Shown here: in pieces, positions 11,844 to 23,728 of the stretch | Position numbering within the stretch: the stretch's first letter is position 1 | Layout: the number at the start of each line of letters is the position of its first letter | Source: Prochlorococcus sp. AG-673-L20 | Lineage (GTDB): Bacteria > Cyanobacteriota > Cyanobacteriia > PCC-6307 > Cyanobiaceae | NCBI GenBank assembly: GCA_003211135.1 | Contig: QCTN01000007.1 | Coordinates: forward strand, 200 to 64,199 | Reading direction: 5' to 3' | DNA: 64,000 nucleotides | Position numbers and translations under genes: made by a program | The notes under the pieces: model-generated | The model's input: only the letters and a program-made list of their open reading frames with translations | Told to the model about the DNA's origin: nothing | The model's database searches: none

Positions 11844-13463
11844 TTAAACTTTTGATGCAGAAAGCTTTCTTTCTGCTAATTTACGAACTTTTAGAGAATC
11901 ATCTAAGGATGATTTGCCATAATTTCTTTCCAAAATATTAATAACTGTTTTTCCAAATTCGTCATCTTTATTATCAAAAGCTTCTAGACAAACCTCTCCC
12001 AGTTTTTTACCAAGAGGACCAGGGTTCCATAAAAGTTTTCTTGCTGTCCAAGGCATCATACTCATTGGATTGTAACTAGGTTTTAATATATTATTTTCTA
12101 GAGCGTACTTTTCTAAAAGAGTATGTGGTTGTAAACCTATAAAAAATATAGCTGGATCAACTAAACCTTTCCCAAAAATATTTTCTAGCTCTCTATGATA
12201 AGCAATAGTTTGTTTAATTGTATTAGGGGTTTCATCAAAAACATTAAATGAATAATTCACTGAGACATGATTTCTAAACCCTGCCTCTACAAGCATTTTA
12301 CAATTTTCAAGTACAGTTTTAAGGTTATATGCTAATCTCATTTTTCTAACAAGTTCCTGAGATCCTGATGTAATCCCGATCTCAAAATAACTCATTCCTG
12401 TATCAACCATTAATTGAGCTAATTCACGATCAATATTATCGGCTCTAATATATGCAGCCCACTTAAGATCAGTCCAACCCTGATCTTTTATAGCTTGAAG
12501 AAGTAATTTCGCATCTTGAATGTGATTCTTTGTTGGAATGAATTGAGCATCAGTAAACCAAAAACCTCTAACGCCCATTTCATAAAGTTGTTTCATTTCT
12601 TGAATAATTTCATTTACGGGATTAACTCGAACTTTTTTACCCTCTACAACTCCATAAACGCAAAAACAACAATTATGTGGACAACCTCTTTTGGTTTGAA
12701 CTCCTACATAATAATCTCCCCCTTCTATGTACCAATCAAATTCAGCCCAAATAGATTTAATATATTTGTAGTTACAAGCTGTTTTAATTGTTCCTGAGGG
12801 CTGTTCATGTATTAATTTATTTCTAGGTTGTTCTCCTGCAAGATAACATCTTTCTTCGGAAATAAAATCACCATTAAGAACTTTTTCAATAAGGTTCTCA
12901 CCTTCTCCAACAGAAATTATTGTACCTTTGGGTAATAAACTACCTAGTTGCTCGTAGAAAACGCTTACAGCCCCACCTCCTAAAATCACTTTTACAGATT
13001 TGTTATATTTTTGAGCCCTATTAAGACCCATCTTTACTAAGGATGTATTTCTGTTTATTTCTTCATAATGTGATGATATTAACTTTAGACCTCCCCAAGC
13101 ACCTCTAATTTTTTTGAAAATATTATTAGAGTAGAAAACTTCAAAAGAGTTTTGTAAAGGGTTACCGCTTCTTCCATCAACCGGTGCATATATTTGTATG
13201 TCTCTCCAAGAAAAAATAATTAGATGAGGTCTGAATTGATCAATTTTTCTTTTTAGATATTTAGAAACGTTATTTAAAGGAACTATTGCTAAATCAATAA
13301 ATTGTTGTTCTATCTCTGGGAAACACTTATGAATATGATCTGCTAAATAAATAGGCCCTATTGGAAATATAGGATTGCATGGAAGTCTAACAATGAGAAC
13401 TTTTCCAAAAGATTCTCTATTGGGCTCTTTAGCTATATTTTTTAAAGGAAAATTAAACTTCAT
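11844..13463 (-). CDS. B12-binding radical SAM protein (PSII high-light acclimation, Slr0320-like)
   Basis: TKRGCPHNCCFC CxxxCxxC motif; N-terminal RLPCNPIFPIGP cobalamin-binding-type domain. Confidence 0.85.
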   Translation of the reverse strand: MKFNFPLKNIAKEPNRESFGKVLIVRLPCNPIFPIGPIYLADHIHKCFPEIEQQFIDLAIVPLNNVSKYLKRKIDQFRPHLIIFSWRDIQIYAPVDGRSGNPLQNSFEVFYSNNIFKKIRGAWGGLKLISSHYEEINRNTSLVKMGLNRAQKYNKSVKVILGGGAVSVFYEQLGSLLPKGTIISVGEGENLIEKVLNGDFISEERCYLAGEQPRNKLIHEQPSGTIKTACNYKYIKSIWAEFDWYIEGGDYYVGVQTKRGCPHNCCFCVYGVVEGKKVRVNPVNEIIQEMKQLYEMGVRGFWFTDAQFIPTKNHIQDAKLLLQAIKDQGWTDLKWAAYIRADNIDRELAQLMVDTGMSYFEIGITSGSQELVRKMRLAYNLKTVLENCKMLVEAGFRNHVSVNYSFNVFDETPNTIKQTIAYHRELENIFGKGLVDPAIFFIGLQPHTLLEKYALENNILKPSYNPMSMMPWTARKLLWNPGPLGKKLGEVCLEAFDNKDDEFGKTVINILERNYGKSSLDDSLKVRKLAERKLSASKV

Positions 13464-13567
13464 AGAAGAGATTTTAAAATGATCCCATGTGAAGAATCTA
13501 ACTATTTTATTACGCTTTCGGTGATTTTTTTAAATTTAATTCTGAAAAAAATTTAACTCTTTTTTAG

Positions 13568-14659
13568 TTAGATGTCTGAAATCATATATTTCCAACATAC
13601 ATTTAGAAGTTTAATACCATCTATCCATCTTGATATATTTGGTGCTCCAGAACGCCTTGCATAATATCTGACAGGGTAATTTAATATTTTAATATTATTA
13701 TTGGCTGCTTCAAAGATTATTGTAAAATCGCCAAAAGGATCTGACTTTGATTCCCAACTGCCATTTTTTTTCATCAAATTAAAAAACTTCCTCGAGAAAA
13801 CTTTTGTTCCACATAGCGAATCAGATATAGGCTTGTTTATTAAAATTGATAAAAATATTGCAAAACATCTATTGCCAATATAATTTGCCCATCTCATGGC
13901 ATCTTTTTCCATTGGGAAAGTTGTCCTAGAGCAATTCACTAGTATATTTTCATTTTTTGTGGATTCCATAATGGCATTAATACTATCGTCAATATCTACA
14001 GTTAAGTCAGAATCAATAATTGCGAGAGTATCTCCCATTGATATATTAAATCCTTCAACAACTGCGTTTTTCTTTCCCTTTGAAGTTTGTTTTAAAAGAG
14101 ATATTTTAAAGTTCTGTGAAAAGTCTTTAGTAAGATTTTCCAACATTTGAAAAGTATTATCTTTACTATTTCCTTCTACAAATATTATTTCAATTTTATT
14201 TGGTATTTTTTTAAATTTATTTAAGGCTTTGATTAAAAGTTCTCTATTACCTTCTTCATTTCTTGCAGGAATAAGTATTGAAATCATAGGATTATTTAAT
14301 TTTTCACGATATTTATAAAAAATAATTTCAATTTCAAATGCAAGTTGTTTGATTATTGGTACTTTACGTAAAGTATTTTTAATAGATTGTGGAATGAATT
14401 TGGTTGGTATTGGAGTTAATTTTTTTGCTTTCCATCTTATAGATCTGTAATTATAGATCTCTGCTAATGATTCAACATCACATAAAGTTATTCTTGCTCT
14501 ATTTGTGGTTCCCTTAAATATTCTGGAATCTAATTTAAGCCACCTTGTAATTGGTTCCCAAGTATTACCTCTTACTTTAAGAGAAATAAATTCATTATTG
14601 TCCTTAAATAATTGGTGAAGTCGATTATTTGTTAAATTCCAAGTATTTACTGATTTCAT
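13568..14659 (-). CDS. Glycosyltransferase family 2 (polyprenol-phosphate sugar synthase-like) with N-terminal extension
   Basis: SILIPARNEEGN, VEGNSKD, GKKNAV, IDSDL (DxD), DSLCGTK, DPFGDF. Confidence 0.85.
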   Translation of the reverse strand: MKSVNTWNLTNNRLHQLFKDNNEFISLKVRGNTWEPITRWLKLDSRIFKGTTNRARITLCDVESLAEIYNYRSIRWKAKKLTPIPTKFIPQSIKNTLRKVPIIKQLAFEIEIIFYKYREKLNNPMISILIPARNEEGNRELLIKALNKFKKIPNKIEIIFVEGNSKDNTFQMLENLTKDFSQNFKISLLKQTSKGKKNAVVEGFNISMGDTLAIIDSDLTVDIDDSINAIMESTKNENILVNCSRTTFPMEKDAMRWANYIGNRCFAIFLSILINKPISDSLCGTKVFSRKFFNLMKKNGSWESKSDPFGDFTIIFEAANNNIKILNYPVRYYARRSGAPNISRWIDGIKLLNVCWKYMISDI

Positions 14660-14694
14660 TTTATTAAATTTAAATCAAAATCAATTTTAACCTA

Positions 14695-16242
14695 TTAAAT
14701 TTTTTTGATTAATTTCCAAGGAGATATTATTTCATTTTCATAAATGATTTCATAATTAGTATCTTTTTCTTTATCTTCTTTTGGCAAGATGGACCAAGCT
14801 AGCTCCGAGCTTTTTAAATTTTTAATGTTTTCTATACCTTCTCCTAGATTAGGAGTTAGAAGAGCGATCCTAATAATTTTTGAGTGTGATGCAGTGTTTA
14901 TAATGCTGCTCTTATCAACTTTAATTACTCGATTATTGATTGTTTTTAAAGAAGAGACATACTCCATAGTTTCTCTAATTTCTCTTGAGCGGTCTGTAAA
15001 AAGACCTGATTGCAAAAAACAGGATGTCATTAAATAAGGTCCAATAATTAATATAGAAATCAGTGTTGAGGTACTTTGACTTTTTTTGATAAAACTCCAA
15101 GTCAATGCAAATAATACTAATCCACATATTAAAAATGTATTCTCTTTGGTATTAAAATTCAGGGTGGTTTTAAATAAGAAAAGAAATATAAAAATTACTG
15201 AGAGTACAAAAAATGGAATGATTCTTGACGATATAAATATAAATATAGATTTAAATCTTTTTGCTTCTATCAAATACTTAATGCCAATAAATGCATTTAA
15301 GGATAGTATTGAAGAAATTTGTAAAGGATAGTAAGGTGTTTTTGTAGAAAAAGTACTTATCAAAATTATTAAAATTATAGGGAAATAAAATAAAATTGAA
15401 ACTTGCGAATTTTTGTTTCTAAAAACATGAAATAATCCAATAACGGAAAATATGCTCCATGGTAAGAAAGTTACAGGTATATTCCATAAGTAGTAGTAAA
15501 AAGGATTTGTAAAATTATTTTCTTTTGATAAATTATTAAATTTTTCTAAAAGGTAAAAAATAATATTTTTATCAAGAAATGTATTTATAGATGTTGTCCA
15601 TAAAAAGAATGGAGTAAAACCAACAATTAATCCAAGCCAAAAATATTTTGAAGTAAAAATATATTTTTTTTTAATGAGATAGGGTAATAATGATGTGATT
15701 GGAATCGCAACAAGAAAAGTCTTCATCATAAAAGCTAAACCTATCCATGTTCCAAAAATAAATATGTAGACTATTTCTTTTTTACTATTTGTTTTTACAA
15801 TGAAAAATACTCCAATTGTTACTAAACAAGAATATATTAAATCTTGAGTAGCTAAGTGAGAATAATCAAACCATAAAAAAGTTGTTGAAAGAATCAGTGG
15901 TGATGCGATTGCAAATTTTCTACCAATTAACTCTTCATGTAATTTATAAGTAATGATCAACATAACTATTGATGAAATAGTTGTTGGCAAATACGCAGCA
16001 AATAAATTTTCCCCAAATATTTCTTGAGATTTGGCAATTAAAAATTGTAGGCCTATCGTTCTGTCTAAATTAAAATCTCCCCACCACAATGGAATCGTCC
16101 AATTTCCTTTTTCTAATATCCATCTTGCCTGTAACGCATAGAATCCTTCATCATAAGCTAGGTAACTTCGTTTACCAAAGTAGAAAATTAAAGGGAAAAA
16201 TATAAAAAACTTAAAAAACAATTTGTAATTAATTTTCGACAT
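14695..16242 (-). CDS. ArnT/PMT-family (GT-C) membrane glycosyltransferase
   Basis: AYDEGFYA motif after the first TM helix, many TM helices, FMMK, PFYYY, FLPWS, TKTPYY. Confidence 0.85.
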   Translation of the reverse strand: MSKINYKLFFKFFIFFPLIFYFGKRSYLAYDEGFYALQARWILEKGNWTIPLWWGDFNLDRTIGLQFLIAKSQEIFGENLFAAYLPTTISSIVMLIITYKLHEELIGRKFAIASPLILSTTFLWFDYSHLATQDLIYSCLVTIGVFFIVKTNSKKEIVYIFIFGTWIGLAFMMKTFLVAIPITSLLPYLIKKKYIFTSKYFWLGLIVGFTPFFLWTTSINTFLDKNIIFYLLEKFNNLSKENNFTNPFYYYLWNIPVTFLPWSIFSVIGLFHVFRNKNSQVSILFYFPIILIILISTFSTKTPYYPLQISSILSLNAFIGIKYLIEAKRFKSIFIFISSRIIPFFVLSVIFIFLFLFKTTLNFNTKENTFLICGLVLFALTWSFIKKSQSTSTLISILIIGPYLMTSCFLQSGLFTDRSREIRETMEYVSSLKTINNRVIKVDKSSIINTASHSKIIRIALLTPNLGEGIENIKNLKSSELAWSILPKEDKEKDTNYEIIYENEIISPWKLIKKI

Positions 16243-16279
16243 ATAAAATTTGTCTTATTTTTATGTAAATGCCAATAAT

Positions 16280-16335
16280 TAGAATTTAGCCATTGACCAA
16301 CTTTTCATGGAGCAGTTGGTATTTGCTGAACTCTA
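16280..16335. promoter_or_regulatory. Long imperfect hairpin between divergent arnT-like and DUF3493 genes
   Basis: ACCAACT/AGTTGGT inner stem plus TAGAATTTAGC/GCTGAACTCTA outer stem. Confidence 0.45.
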
Positions 16336-16395
16336 GCCGCAATATTAAATTTTAGTTTTTTTCATATAGACTTTATTTTATATTTTAAAGAATTA

Positions 16396-16635
16396 ATGTC
16401 AAAAATTGACCCCGAATTAAAAAAAAAATTACTGAAGGAGACTCAGGCTCCTTTCAAAGGTTTAAGACGAATATTATGGATTGCCTTTACAGGTTCTTCA
16501 TTCTTAGGCCTTTTAATAATGCTTTCTAAAATTGCTGGTGGTAATGAAATACAGCAAAATAATCTTCTAATACAAATAGGAGCATGTATATTATTTCCTT
16601 TTTTATTATTCCTAGATAGAAATAATAAAGATTGA
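16396..16635 (+). CDS. Small two-TM protein, DUF3493 family
   Basis: L..E...PFKGLRRILW..F..S pattern followed by two hydrophobic helices. Confidence 0.75.
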   Translation: MSKIDPELKKKLLKETQAPFKGLRRILWIAFTGSSFLGLLIMLSKIAGGNEIQQNNLLIQIGACILFPFLLFLDRNNKD

Positions 16636-16639
16636 GTTT

Positions 16640-19600
16640 TTATTTATTTAAAGTCCTTTTTTTAGTTACGAATTTGAATGCTTCAATGATATCTCCTTCA
16701 CTCCAAGTTGAGAATTTATCACATCCAACTCCACATTCGAAACCAGTATTCACTTCTTTTACGTCATCTTTAGATCTTTTTAGAGAATCTAAATTACCTT
16801 CAAATATTACTTTATCGGATCTAAGTACTCTTAAAGAACAATTTCTTTGAAGCTTTCCACTTTGTATATAGCATCCAGCAATTGCTCCTTTACCAACTGC
16901 AAATGTCGCTCTTACTTCAGCTTGACCTAAAGATTCCTCAACCAGATCAGGTTCGAGTAATCCTTCCATAGCAGATTGAATATCTTCTAAAAGTTTATAA
17001 ATGACTTCATACTCTCGTATATCAACATCATTTGCGTCAGCCGCTCTTTTAGCACCTGAGGCCAATGATGTGTTGAAGCCAATTATTACTGATCCAGAGG
17101 CAGCCGCAAGATCTATGTCAGTCTCAGTTATTTCACCAGGTGCGGAGAGAAGGACTCTCACTTGAACCTCATTTTTTGGTAATTGTTCTAATGAACCTAA
17201 TATAGCTTCTACACTCCCTTGGACATCTGCTTTAAGAATTAGATTTAATTCTTTAAGTTCTCCATCATTTGCTTGAGTAGATAAAGATGATAAGCTTACC
17301 CTTCTAGATGCCATTTGCTGGGCTAATTTTGTTGCTCTTGCATCAGTCGCTCTTTCACCAACAATCGCTCTAGCAGATTTTTCATCAGGATAAACTTCAA
17401 ATTCATCACCTGCTGTTGGGACTTCGCTAAATCCAAGTGCTTCGACTGGACATGAAGGCCCAGCCTCCTTAATTCTATTACCGTGTTCATCAACCATTGC
17501 TCTAATTTTTCCAAGGACTGAACCTGCAGCTAAAACATTTCCAGCTTTTAATGTGCCATTTTGTACTAATAAAGTTGCAACAGGACCTTTGGCTTTATCT
17601 AAATGAGCCTCAATAACTGTCCCTTTAGCTAATCTTTCTGGGTTTGCTTGGAGATCTTCAACTTCAGAAACCAACAGGATCATCTCGAGTAATTTATCAA
17701 TATTTTGTTTTTTGATTGCACTGACTGGGACCATGACTACATCCCCACCCCAGTCTTCGGCAATTAGATCTTTTTCTGATAATTCCTGTTTAACTCTATC
17801 TGGAGAAGCGCCTTCTTTATCAATTTTATTTATAGCTACCACTATTGGTACTTTTGCTGCTCTTGCGTGACTAATAGCTTCAAGTGTTTGAGGTCTGCAA
17901 CCATCATCAGCAGCTACTACAAGTACCGCTACATCAGTAACTTTTGTACCTCTTGCACGCATAGCAGTAAATGCCTCATGACCTGGAGTGTCAAGAAAAG
18001 TTAGCTTTTTCTTTTTTGATTCATGCTCAAATTCAACTTGATAAGCCCCGATATGTTGAGTTATGCCACCTGCTTCTCCAGAGGCTATTCTGGATTCTCT
18101 TATGGAATCTAAAAGACTTGTTTTACCATGGTCAACATGACCCATTACTGTAATTACTGGGGGCCTTTTGATAAGACTTTCAATATCATCGGTTTCAATC
18201 ATGTCTACAGTTTTCTTAGCAGCCTCTTCAACATCATCTTGTAAAACAGGGACTCCAAATTCCTCAGCCACTGTTTCAATGGTTGCCAAGTCAAGTGATT
18301 GAGTAACTGTAGCTGTAATCCCTTTAAAGAAAAGAGATTTTATTATTTCCGAACTTTCAAGACTAAGCTTATCGGCTAATTCTTGTACTGTTAAATTATC
18401 TTCAGGTATTATTATCATTTCCGGTCTTACTTGTTTTGCATCTTTCGCTGCTCTTAGTTCCATAGCTCTTCTCTTTTGTCTTTGGCGAGTAGTCTCTTTT
18501 TTCTTTTTCTTGAATTGTCTTGATGGTTTTTGTGATTTGATATCTTCAGATTTTTCTTTTTTTGGACGAGCTAAACTAGCTGATAGTATTGAAACCTTCT
18601 CTCCTGAGTAGCCGCTAGTCTCAGAGGTTAATGAATCATCATTTTCGCCAATGATATGGACTTTTTGTCTCTGTTTCTGTGGGTTCTTATTCCTTAATGC
18701 TTCTAGCTTGGCACTATCGTCCCAATCTGTTCTACCAGGCTTCTTAGAGTTGCTTGCGAATGATCTATGAGGTGGTTTTTTAGCCGTAGGAGATGCATTT
18801 AAACGACTATTAGGTGCTTTTGCCTTCTGATTTGCCCCCTCAAGTTTTTGTTTGTTTACATTAGAGATATTAGGTTTTTCTTTATTAGATGCATTAGTTT
18901 TCTGAAGCTGCATCAGTTCATTAGGTGCTACTGGCTTTCTTATTCCAGCAGTATTTTGATTATTAAATTTGGAACCTGCCCTATTGAAATCGCCCTGTCT
19001 ATAGGACCCGCCTTGTCTATTTGGAACACCCTGCCTATTCTGCCCCCCTGGTCTATTGGGAGAAACTTGTCTGTTAGGGGCTCCTGGTTTGTTAGGGGCT
19101 CCTGGTCTGTTAGGAGCTCCCTGTCTATAGGGGCCTCCTTGTCTATTTGGGATACCGTGCCTATTTTGCCCTCCTGGACTATTGGGAGAACCCTCTCTAT
19201 AAGGCCCGCCTTGTCTATTTGGAGCCCCTGGCCTGTTTGGAACACTTTCATGGTTTGGCCTATTAGAATTTACTTGTCTGTTAGGAATACCAGGCCTATT
19301 TGCAGAGATTTTTGTATTAGATGAGGCTTGCCTGCTATTAGAATTTGGTTTGTTTGAATTAATTTTAGGATCTTCCCTTCTAATCGGGGCACCTACTAGT
19401 TCAGGTGTATTTTTTATATTAGGACTATTTAAATTCTTTTTAGGAAAATTATTATTTTCAATCCTATTTGATGATTGAGCTCTTTGATTGACAGAGTTAC
19501 TTATTTTGTTTGCGTTTATATTTTTATTTGAATTTGCTAAATTTTTTGGTTTTTCTATAAGTTGTATAGGCGGTCTTGCATTAGTTTTTGTTGGAGATAC

Positions 19601-20155
19601 AGAAGAATTTTTTAGAGACTTTTTGTCTTGTATAACCCTTGGGTCTTTTCTGTCTTTTAGGTTGGTTGTTGTTTTTATAGAATTATTAGTTTTATTTTGG
19701 GTTTTTAAAACTGCTTGAGATTTAAGGTTAGAGACAATAGTAGGGGGATTTGGATTTTTAAGTTTATTTAGATTTTTATTATTTTGGCTTACTAGCGTAT
19801 TTTCTTGTTTATTAATAGGTTTAATTAAAAGTGGTTTTTTATTTAAAACTTCTTTAGAGAACTTCTGTGTATGCAAGGTATTAGGAATAGTTTTGTTATT
19901 TTTGTTTTGGCTATCGTTATTTTTTGAGCTTTCATTTTTACCTTTAGATATAGAATTACTTACAGAAAGAATTTTGTCACCTGAATTTTTGTTATTTAAA
20001 AGATTTTTTATTTTTTGAGCATCTTTTAAACTTATTGAACTGCTATGACTTTTAACTGATATTGAAAGTTTTTGAGCAGCATCCAATATATCTTTATTTT
20101 CCAGTTTTAGATCTCTGGAAAGTTCATAAATCCTGATTTTATCGCTGATAGTCAT
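16640..20155 (-). CDS. infB: Translation initiation factor IF-2
   Basis: KIRIYELS N-domain, [25 protein letters not shown]. Confidence 0.99.
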   Translation of the reverse strand: MTISDKIRIYELSRDLKLENKDILDAAQKLSISVKSHSSSISLKDAQKIKNLLNNKNSGDKILSVSNSISKGKNESSKNNDSQNKNNKTIPNTLHTQKFSKEVLNKKPLLIKPINKQENTLVSQNNKNLNKLKNPNPPTIVSNLKSQAVLKTQNKTNNSIKTTTNLKDRKDPRVIQDKKSLKNSSVSPTKTNARPPIQLIEKPKNLANSNKNINANKISNSVNQRAQSSNRIENNNFPKKNLNSPNIKNTPELVGAPIRREDPKINSNKPNSNSRQASSNTKISANRPGIPNRQVNSNRPNHESVPNRPGAPNRQGGPYREGSPNSPGGQNRHGIPNRQGGPYRQGAPNRPGAPNKPGAPNRQVSPNRPGGQNRQGVPNRQGGSYRQGDFNRAGSKFNNQNTAGIRKPVAPNELMQLQKTNASNKEKPNISNVNKQKLEGANQKAKAPNSRLNASPTAKKPPHRSFASNSKKPGRTDWDDSAKLEALRNKNPQKQRQKVHIIGENDDSLTSETSGYSGEKVSILSASLARPKKEKSEDIKSQKPSRQFKKKKKETTRQRQKRRAMELRAAKDAKQVRPEMIIIPEDNLTVQELADKLSLESSEIIKSLFFKGITATVTQSLDLATIETVAEEFGVPVLQDDVEEAAKKTVDMIETDDIESLIKRPPVITVMGHVDHGKTSLLDSIRESRIASGEAGGITQHIGAYQVEFEHESKKKKLTFLDTPGHEAFTAMRARGTKVTDVAVLVVAADDGCRPQTLEAISHARAAKVPIVVAINKIDKEGASPDRVKQELSEKDLIAEDWGGDVVMVPVSAIKKQNIDKLLEMILLVSEVEDLQANPERLAKGTVIEAHLDKAKGPVATLLVQNGTLKAGNVLAAGSVLGKIRAMVDEHGNRIKEAGPSCPVEALGFSEVPTAGDEFEVYPDEKSARAIVGERATDARATKLAQQMASRRVSLSSLSTQANDGELKELNLILKADVQGSVEAILGSLEQLPKNEVQVRVLLSAPGEITETDIDLAAASGSVIIGFNTSLASGAKRAADANDVDIREYEVIYKLLEDIQSAMEGLLEPDLVEESLGQAEVRATFAVGKGAIAGCYIQSGKLQRNCSLRVLRSDKVIFEGNLDSLKRSKDDVKEVNTGFECGVGCDKFSTWSEGDIIEAFKFVTKKRTLNK
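18990..19300 (-). repeat. Degenerate 18-nt coding tandem repeat in infB (xxNRPG/xxNRQG hexapeptides)
   Basis: Recurring TGTCTATTTGG, GGTCTATT and TTAGGGGCTCCTGGT units; protein reads [17 protein letters not shown]. Confidence 0.85.
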
Positions 20156-20226
20156 TTAATCTGAATGTTACTCTTTTTTGGAAATTTAAGAGAATGTAAT
20201 TTTAATTATATGCTCTTTTGGGATAG

Positions 20227-20487
20227 TTATTTATAGTTTGCAATTTCCCTTTCAAAAATATCAAAAAAATCATGATATATAATGCTTTTTAAAGCTTTTT
20301 GAAGCTTTTTTTTAAGTTTAGAATCTGTGTAACACTTTTTTGATTTACAAATGTAAGCAGAACGACCCATCCCCTGGTTAAGCATTATTCCTAACTTATG
20401 ATCCTTAGTAATCTTTAAAAGATTATTTCTATCAAAAGTTGTCCTGCAAGAAATGCACTTACGCATTACAGGAGATTTTTGTCTCAC
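20227..20487 (-). CDS. ylxR: YlxR/DUF448 RNA-binding protein
   Basis: RKCISCR, GRSAYIC; between nusA and infB; GTG start overlaps the nusA stop. Confidence 0.9.
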   Translation of the reverse strand: MRQKSPVMRKCISCRTTFDRNNLLKITKDHKLGIMLNQGMGRSAYICKSKKCYTDSKLKKKLQKALKSIIYHDFFDIFEREIANYK

Positions 20488-21887
20488 CGTGTGTTCTCCT
20501 CTTTAGACACTAGTTCGTCTTGTTTCACGTTTTCTATTTGTTCGTTTTCTGAGAGATTTTCTTCTTCGTATTGTTCATCTCCATATTCATCATCATCTTC
20601 AGGTAAAGGGTATAGCTCCCTAAGTCTTGCATCTTCTGCAGCTCTTTCTGCTTGTTCAGCCTCCAGTCTCTGTTCAGCTTCTCTTTGAAGATTCTCTTCT
20701 TCTTCCCTTTGAACAATTAATTCTTCTACTGCAGTATCCTCTGCCTCCTGATCATACTCATGGGAGTTTTTAACGTCTATTTTCCAGCCTGTTAACCTAG
20801 CAGCAAGACGAACATTTTGACCTTCTCTTCCTATGGCGAGGCTTAATTGATCAGGAGGAACTAAAACATGAGCATGTTGTCCTTCTGGATCAACAAGTCT
20901 GACAAGGTCAACTTTAGCTGGACTCAAAGAATTTAGGATGTACTGGATAGGGTCAGATGACCATTTTATAACATCTATTTTTTCTCCCCTTAATTCATTA
21001 ACTACTTGTTGAATTCTTGCTCCTCTCGCTCCAATACAAGCACCGACTGGATCAACTTCTCTTTCAATACTATCTACGGCGACTTTAGTCCTTGGGCCAA
21101 CAGCTCTTGAAGGTGGATTTGCTTCTCTTGAAACAGCAACAATTTTTACTGTGCCTTCTTGAATCTCTGGGACTTCATTTTCGAATAGATAAACCACTAG
21201 ACCAGCATTAGCTCTACTCACAAAAAGTTGAGGACCTTTTCTTGCTATTTCACTAACTTCCTTTAAAAAAACTTTGAATGTAGCGTTAGCTCTGTAATTA
21301 TCATTTGGCAATTGATCCCTTTTTGGAAGTTCTGCTTCTACTTCTGGTCTTCCTATTCCTGAGCTAACCCCCATAATTACTGACTGTCTCTCAAATCTTA
21401 TAACTCTTGCAGTTAAAACAGGATCTTCTAAATCTGCAAATTCTTCCTGAATCATTTTCCTTTGTTGGTCTCTCAACTTTTGAGCCAATACTTGCTTCGT
21501 AGTTGAGGCAGCCATTCTACCAAAATCCTCTTTTTCGGGAGTGACATCTAAAACGACGGTATCACCTATTTGAGCATCATCAGCAACTTGTTTAACTTCT
21601 TGAAGAGATATTTGATGATCTTCGCTTTCAACCTCCTCAACAATTATTTTACTTGATAAAATTCGATAACCTTCTTCTTCTAAATCGAAACCTACATCAA
21701 AATTACTAAAATATTCTTCATCAAAAGGATCTTCTTTTACTCCAATGTAGAAGGTTTTCCGATATTTTTCGTAACCTTTAAGTAAGGCTTCACGTAAAGC
21801 TGATTCCACAACGTGAGGAGGTAATTTTTTTTCCTCACTTATGTCTTCAATAAGATTGTTTAAACCTGGGAGAATTACTAATGCCAT
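20484..21887 (-). CDS. nusA: Transcription termination factor NusA
   Basis: FGRMAA, EVPEI, GPRTKVAV, DPVGACIG, LAIGREGQNVRLA. Confidence 0.98.
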   Translation of the reverse strand: MALVILPGLNNLIEDISEEKKLPPHVVESALREALLKGYEKYRKTFYIGVKEDPFDEEYFSNFDVGFDLEEEGYRILSSKIIVEEVESEDHQISLQEVKQVADDAQIGDTVVLDVTPEKEDFGRMAASTTKQVLAQKLRDQQRKMIQEEFADLEDPVLTARVIRFERQSVIMGVSSGIGRPEVEAELPKRDQLPNDNYRANATFKVFLKEVSEIARKGPQLFVSRANAGLVVYLFENEVPEIQEGTVKIVAVSREANPPSRAVGPRTKVAVDSIEREVDPVGACIGARGARIQQVVNELRGEKIDVIKWSSDPIQYILNSLSPAKVDLVRLVDPEGQHAHVLVPPDQLSLAIGREGQNVRLAARLTGWKIDVKNSHEYDQEAEDTAVEELIVQREEEENLQREAEQRLEAEQAERAAEDARLRELYPLPEDDDEYGDEQYEEENLSENEQIENVKQDELVSKEENTR

Positions 21888-21923
21888 CTATGATGGGTAA
21901 AATGAATAATAGTTGAAAATAAA

Positions 21924-22391
21924 TTAGTCCTTTAAAGTGCAAAGACTAACCTTTAATACTTCGTTAAAGGGGATTTTTTTTATCTTACCTTTTATGTTAA
22001 TGGCTAAATAATTTTTAGACTTTTCATATAGTAAACCATTCAAAAATTTTATTTGAGAATTTTTTTGGTTTAACTCTACATTAACTGGAAAACCTTTAAA
22101 AGTTTTGAAGTCTCTTTCTGAGGTTAATTCATCACTGACACCTTGACTACTAATTTCTAAAACATATGAACATTTTAAAAAATTTGAATTTTCAATTATT
22201 GTTGCTGCTGGGATATTAAATCTTGAGCAGTCATCTAAGGTAATATCATCCTCGTTAGTTTTGAAAATAATAATTTTTACAATAATGGGATTTTGATTTG
22301 TTAGTAAATTTAAACTATGTATCTTTAAATCAAATTCTTTAGCGACTCCTTGAAGAAGAATTTCTAAGTTGTTTTTACATTCTTTATCCAA
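21924..22391 (-). CDS. rimP: Ribosome maturation factor RimP
   Basis: [21 protein letters not shown]; first gene of the nusA operon. Confidence 0.92.
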   Translation of the reverse strand: MDKECKNNLEILLQGVAKEFDLKIHSLNLLTNQNPIIVKIIIFKTNEDDITLDDCSRFNIPAATIIENSNFLKCSYVLEISSQGVSDELTSERDFKTFKGFPVNVELNQKNSQIKFLNGLLYEKSKNYLAINIKGKIKKIPFNEVLKVSLCTLKD

Positions 22392-22532
22392 TTTAATTCA
22401 AATATAACTTTTAATTATTGATTATTTTTACATATTAAAAGGTTTTTTGAAAAAAAATTATCATGTGTATTTTATGGATGTAAACAAAAAAACAACACTA
22501 AGAAATTTATTCAATTAAATTCTGGATATTAG

Positions 22533-23681
<1,149 letters not shown>

Positions 23682-23728
23682 ATCATCTGTTGAAATTTAA
23701 TAATCTATAAACTTTATGTTAAAACATT

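Noticed and set aside
18990-19300. Possible CRISPR array
   Set aside because: Degenerate in-frame tandem units with no unique spacers; no cas genes in the window
18848-19324. 158-aa plus-strand and 103-aa alternate-frame ORFs with repetitive sequence
   Set aside because: By-products of the stop-poor 18-nt infB coding repeat
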